A stretch of DNA of 61,124 bases from Promethearchaeota archaeon. Its GTDB lineage: Archaea; Asgardarchaeota; Hermodarchaeia; Hermodarchaeales; Hermodarchaeaceae. The first letter of the stretch is position 1. The number at the start of each line of letters is the position of its first letter. The notes under the pieces were generated by a model. It had not been told where the DNA came from. It did no database searches and saw nothing but the letters and a program-made list of their open reading frames with translations. This document shows, piece by piece, positions 59,468-61,124 of the stretch. The position numbers and the translations under genes are program-made. The stretch lies in assembly GCA_048938385.1 (NCBI GenBank), contig JBHLMG010000014.1, positions 1 to 61,124 of the forward strand, in the 5' to 3' direction.

Positions 59468-60661
59468 ATGGAGGCGGAGTGCTGGAACTGCGGTGCACCC
59501 GTCAAGCTAGACGAGGATCAGTTCTGTCCACAGTGCGGGGTCCAACTCCCCCGGTTCGTTATTAAAATCAAGTTGTGTGAAACTACTCATCCAACACCAC
59601 GATTCCATCCTGATCCTCTCAAACGCTTGGAAGGAGCAATGGCTACCCGGTTTCGTGAATTCCTCATCAAAGAAATCGCCCTACTCCCTGATGAAGCACT
59701 CCCCATTTCCGAACCATACCTACCACCTGTAATCCCCGCACCTCCACGAATAATACCAATACCGCCAACTGAGCCCCTTCCTCCAGGTACACCGTTGGCT
59801 GGCATGATTCACCACGCTTACATCATAGACGCGAGGGGCGAATTCGTGGTTAACGAAGAATTCTGGAACATTACAGTTGAAGAGGCTTGGATTACAGACT
59901 TTGCTGAGTGTGTTAAAGATGCCCAAGACACCCTCATCGAGGAAATTAACGGCACAAAGCTCATCGGGAAGCCCTTGGGTCGAGGGATAGTTGTCTTGAG
60001 TGCTGACAGTGCTGCAGGTGACGCCACGCTCCGCGAAAAACTCGACCGCGTCACCTACGAGTTCCGCCGCGTCATCAGCCACGAAATTGCATACGACGAC
60101 TTCATTGATAGAGTCGATGACTATGTCACCACCACATGCAAAATCAGCATCATCGGCTATGGTGGCGTCGGCAAAACCGACATCGTCACCCTCCTCAATG
60201 GCGGTGTCCCACCAACTGAGTATACACCTACGATTGCTATTGACATCCAGAGAATCGAAGATTTTCGCATCGGTACATTAGAAATCTCTACTTGGGATTT
60301 CCCTAGCCTAGCTCGGTTCCGAAAACTCTGGGAACTCTACTTCCGAGGTAGCCGAATCATCCTCCTCGTCACCGATTCGACGCTAGAAAATGTGCAGAAG
60401 AGCAAAAACATCATCGACTTCATACGCCGTAAAAACATTGCAGCCCAAGTCTTAGCCATTGCCTACAGACAAGATCGGCCAGGGGCTTTATCTCTCAATC
60501 TCGTGCAACGCTTTCTTGGCATCAAAGCACTGGGACTTACCGAAGGCGAAGTGAGATCCGGAGACCCAGCCACCGCCATGAAAATCATCACAGAAGCGAT
60601 GAAACTCGCTGCACCTAAAAAAGAACCAGAGACACCAAAGCCTGAAATGGTGTTTGATTAG
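59468..60661 (+). CDS. Zinc ribbon plus Ras/Arf-like small GTPase domain protein
   Basis: CWNC..CPQC; G1 GYGGVGKT, G2 YTPTI, WDFPS, AYRQD. Confidence 0.85.
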   Translation: MEAECWNCGAPVKLDEDQFCPQCGVQLPRFVIKIKLCETTHPTPRFHPDPLKRLEGAMATRFREFLIKEIALLPDEALPISEPYLPPVIPAPPRIIPIPPTEPLPPGTPLAGMIHHAYIIDARGEFVVNEEFWNITVEEAWITDFAECVKDAQDTLIEEINGTKLIGKPLGRGIVVLSADSAAGDATLREKLDRVTYEFRRVISHEIAYDDFIDRVDDYVTTTCKISIIGYGGVGKTDIVTLLNGGVPPTEYTPTIAIDIQRIEDFRIGTLEISTWDFPSLARFRKLWELYFRGSRIILLVTDSTLENVQKSKNIIDFIRRKNIAAQVLAIAYRQDRPGALSLNLVQRFLGIKALGLTEGEVRSGDPATAMKIITEAMKLAAPKKEPETPKPEMVFD

Positions 60662-60670
60662 ACCCTGAGG

Positions 60671-60765
60671 CTATTCTTGGAAGTTCTGAATCACCTGCGT
60701 CGTCTCACCTAGATGGTTCAGCACCTTGATATGCATTGCCAACTTCATTCACAGTTGAAGGCACA
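60671..60765 (-). repeat. Hydrogenase 3'-end repeat copy
   Basis: LAMHIKVLNHLGETTQVIQNFQE*; first 39 nt identical to the copy at 55688. Confidence 0.88.
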
Positions 60766-60948
60766 TCAAGGCTTGGGACCAAAGAGATTCGGAAAATACA
60801 CCGCTTTCCGTGTTATCTTCACAGAACATGTCCCCGTTGCACGACACCAATCTTCACAATCCTGCGCCGTTTTCTGATCCAAATACCCCAACCCACACAC
60901 CTCACATACATACAGCCCTTGCCCTTTTACCATCTTCTGCTTCACCAT
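60766..60948 (-). CDS. Small zinc-finger protein
   Basis: YVCEVCGLGY...AQDCEDWC...CSVKITRKAV; GGTGA SD. Confidence 0.75.
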   Translation of the reverse strand: MVKQKMVKGQGLYVCEVCGLGYLDQKTAQDCEDWCRATGTCSVKITRKAVYFPNLFGPKP

Positions 60949-61052
60949 TTACATCACCTAATTAACAACACCTACACCAAAACACCATCTAGCACAATAA
61001 ATGCATTCGTAACAAACGAAGCGAACAACCGACCCTACACCAGCCCGAATAA

Positions 61053-61124
61053 TTATTCTACGAAGTTCTGAATGACTTGCGTCATCTCACCGAGGTGATT
61101 CAACACTTTAATCCGCATCGCCAT
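61053..61124 (-). CDS. Probable 3' end of a [NiFe]-hydrogenase large subunit gene (or a further repeat copy), truncated by the window edge
   Basis: Uninterrupted MAMRIKVLNHLGEMTQVIQNFVE*; longer copies link this tail to CLSCAVH. Confidence 0.55.
   Translation of the reverse strand: MAMRIKVLNHLGEMTQVIQNFVE

Noticed and set aside
60760-60771. TGA next to TGT GCC as a selenocysteine codon (VhuU-like)
   Set aside because: The TGA is the stop of the small zinc-finger ORF, the spacing does not fit UxxC, and the full copies have TGT.
55688-61124. Repeats as a CRISPR array or attC sites
   Set aside because: Spacing is 0.3-2 kb with whole genes between, there are no cas genes, no palindromic attC structure, and divergence follows a coding frame.

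Overview
Archaeal chromosome segment, most likely Asgard (inferred from gene content, not tested). The left ~32 kb is housekeeping: sat, aCPSF1/FttA, FKBP PPIase, a surface-glycosylation cluster with a DPM2/PIG-P-like membrane protein, hypC, Nop2/Nip7, the Rpp21-eS19-eL39-eL31-eIF6-eL20-prefoldin-ftsY-argF-dtdA-secE-spt5-uL11-uL1-uL10-P1 run, five tRNAs (four introns, two at non-canonical positions), eL37/Sm, sepF, trm5 and pcm. The right ~29 kb is accessory: GNATs, transporters, a dehalogenase, a PadR-arsM module with five operators, an RHH-proteasome-alpha fusion and a degenerate small GTPase. Main observation: at least six same-orientation intergenic ~70-108 bp repeats (47.5-61.1 kb) that translate on the minus strand to the C-terminus of a [NiFe]-hydrogenase large subunit (CLSCAVH...KVLNHLGETTQVIQNFxE*). 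They separate small cargo blocks, which suggests a cassette-like accretion hotspot at the 3' end of a hydrogenase gene that probably continues past the right edge. No integrase is visible in the window. All calls are from manual reading; no searches were run.
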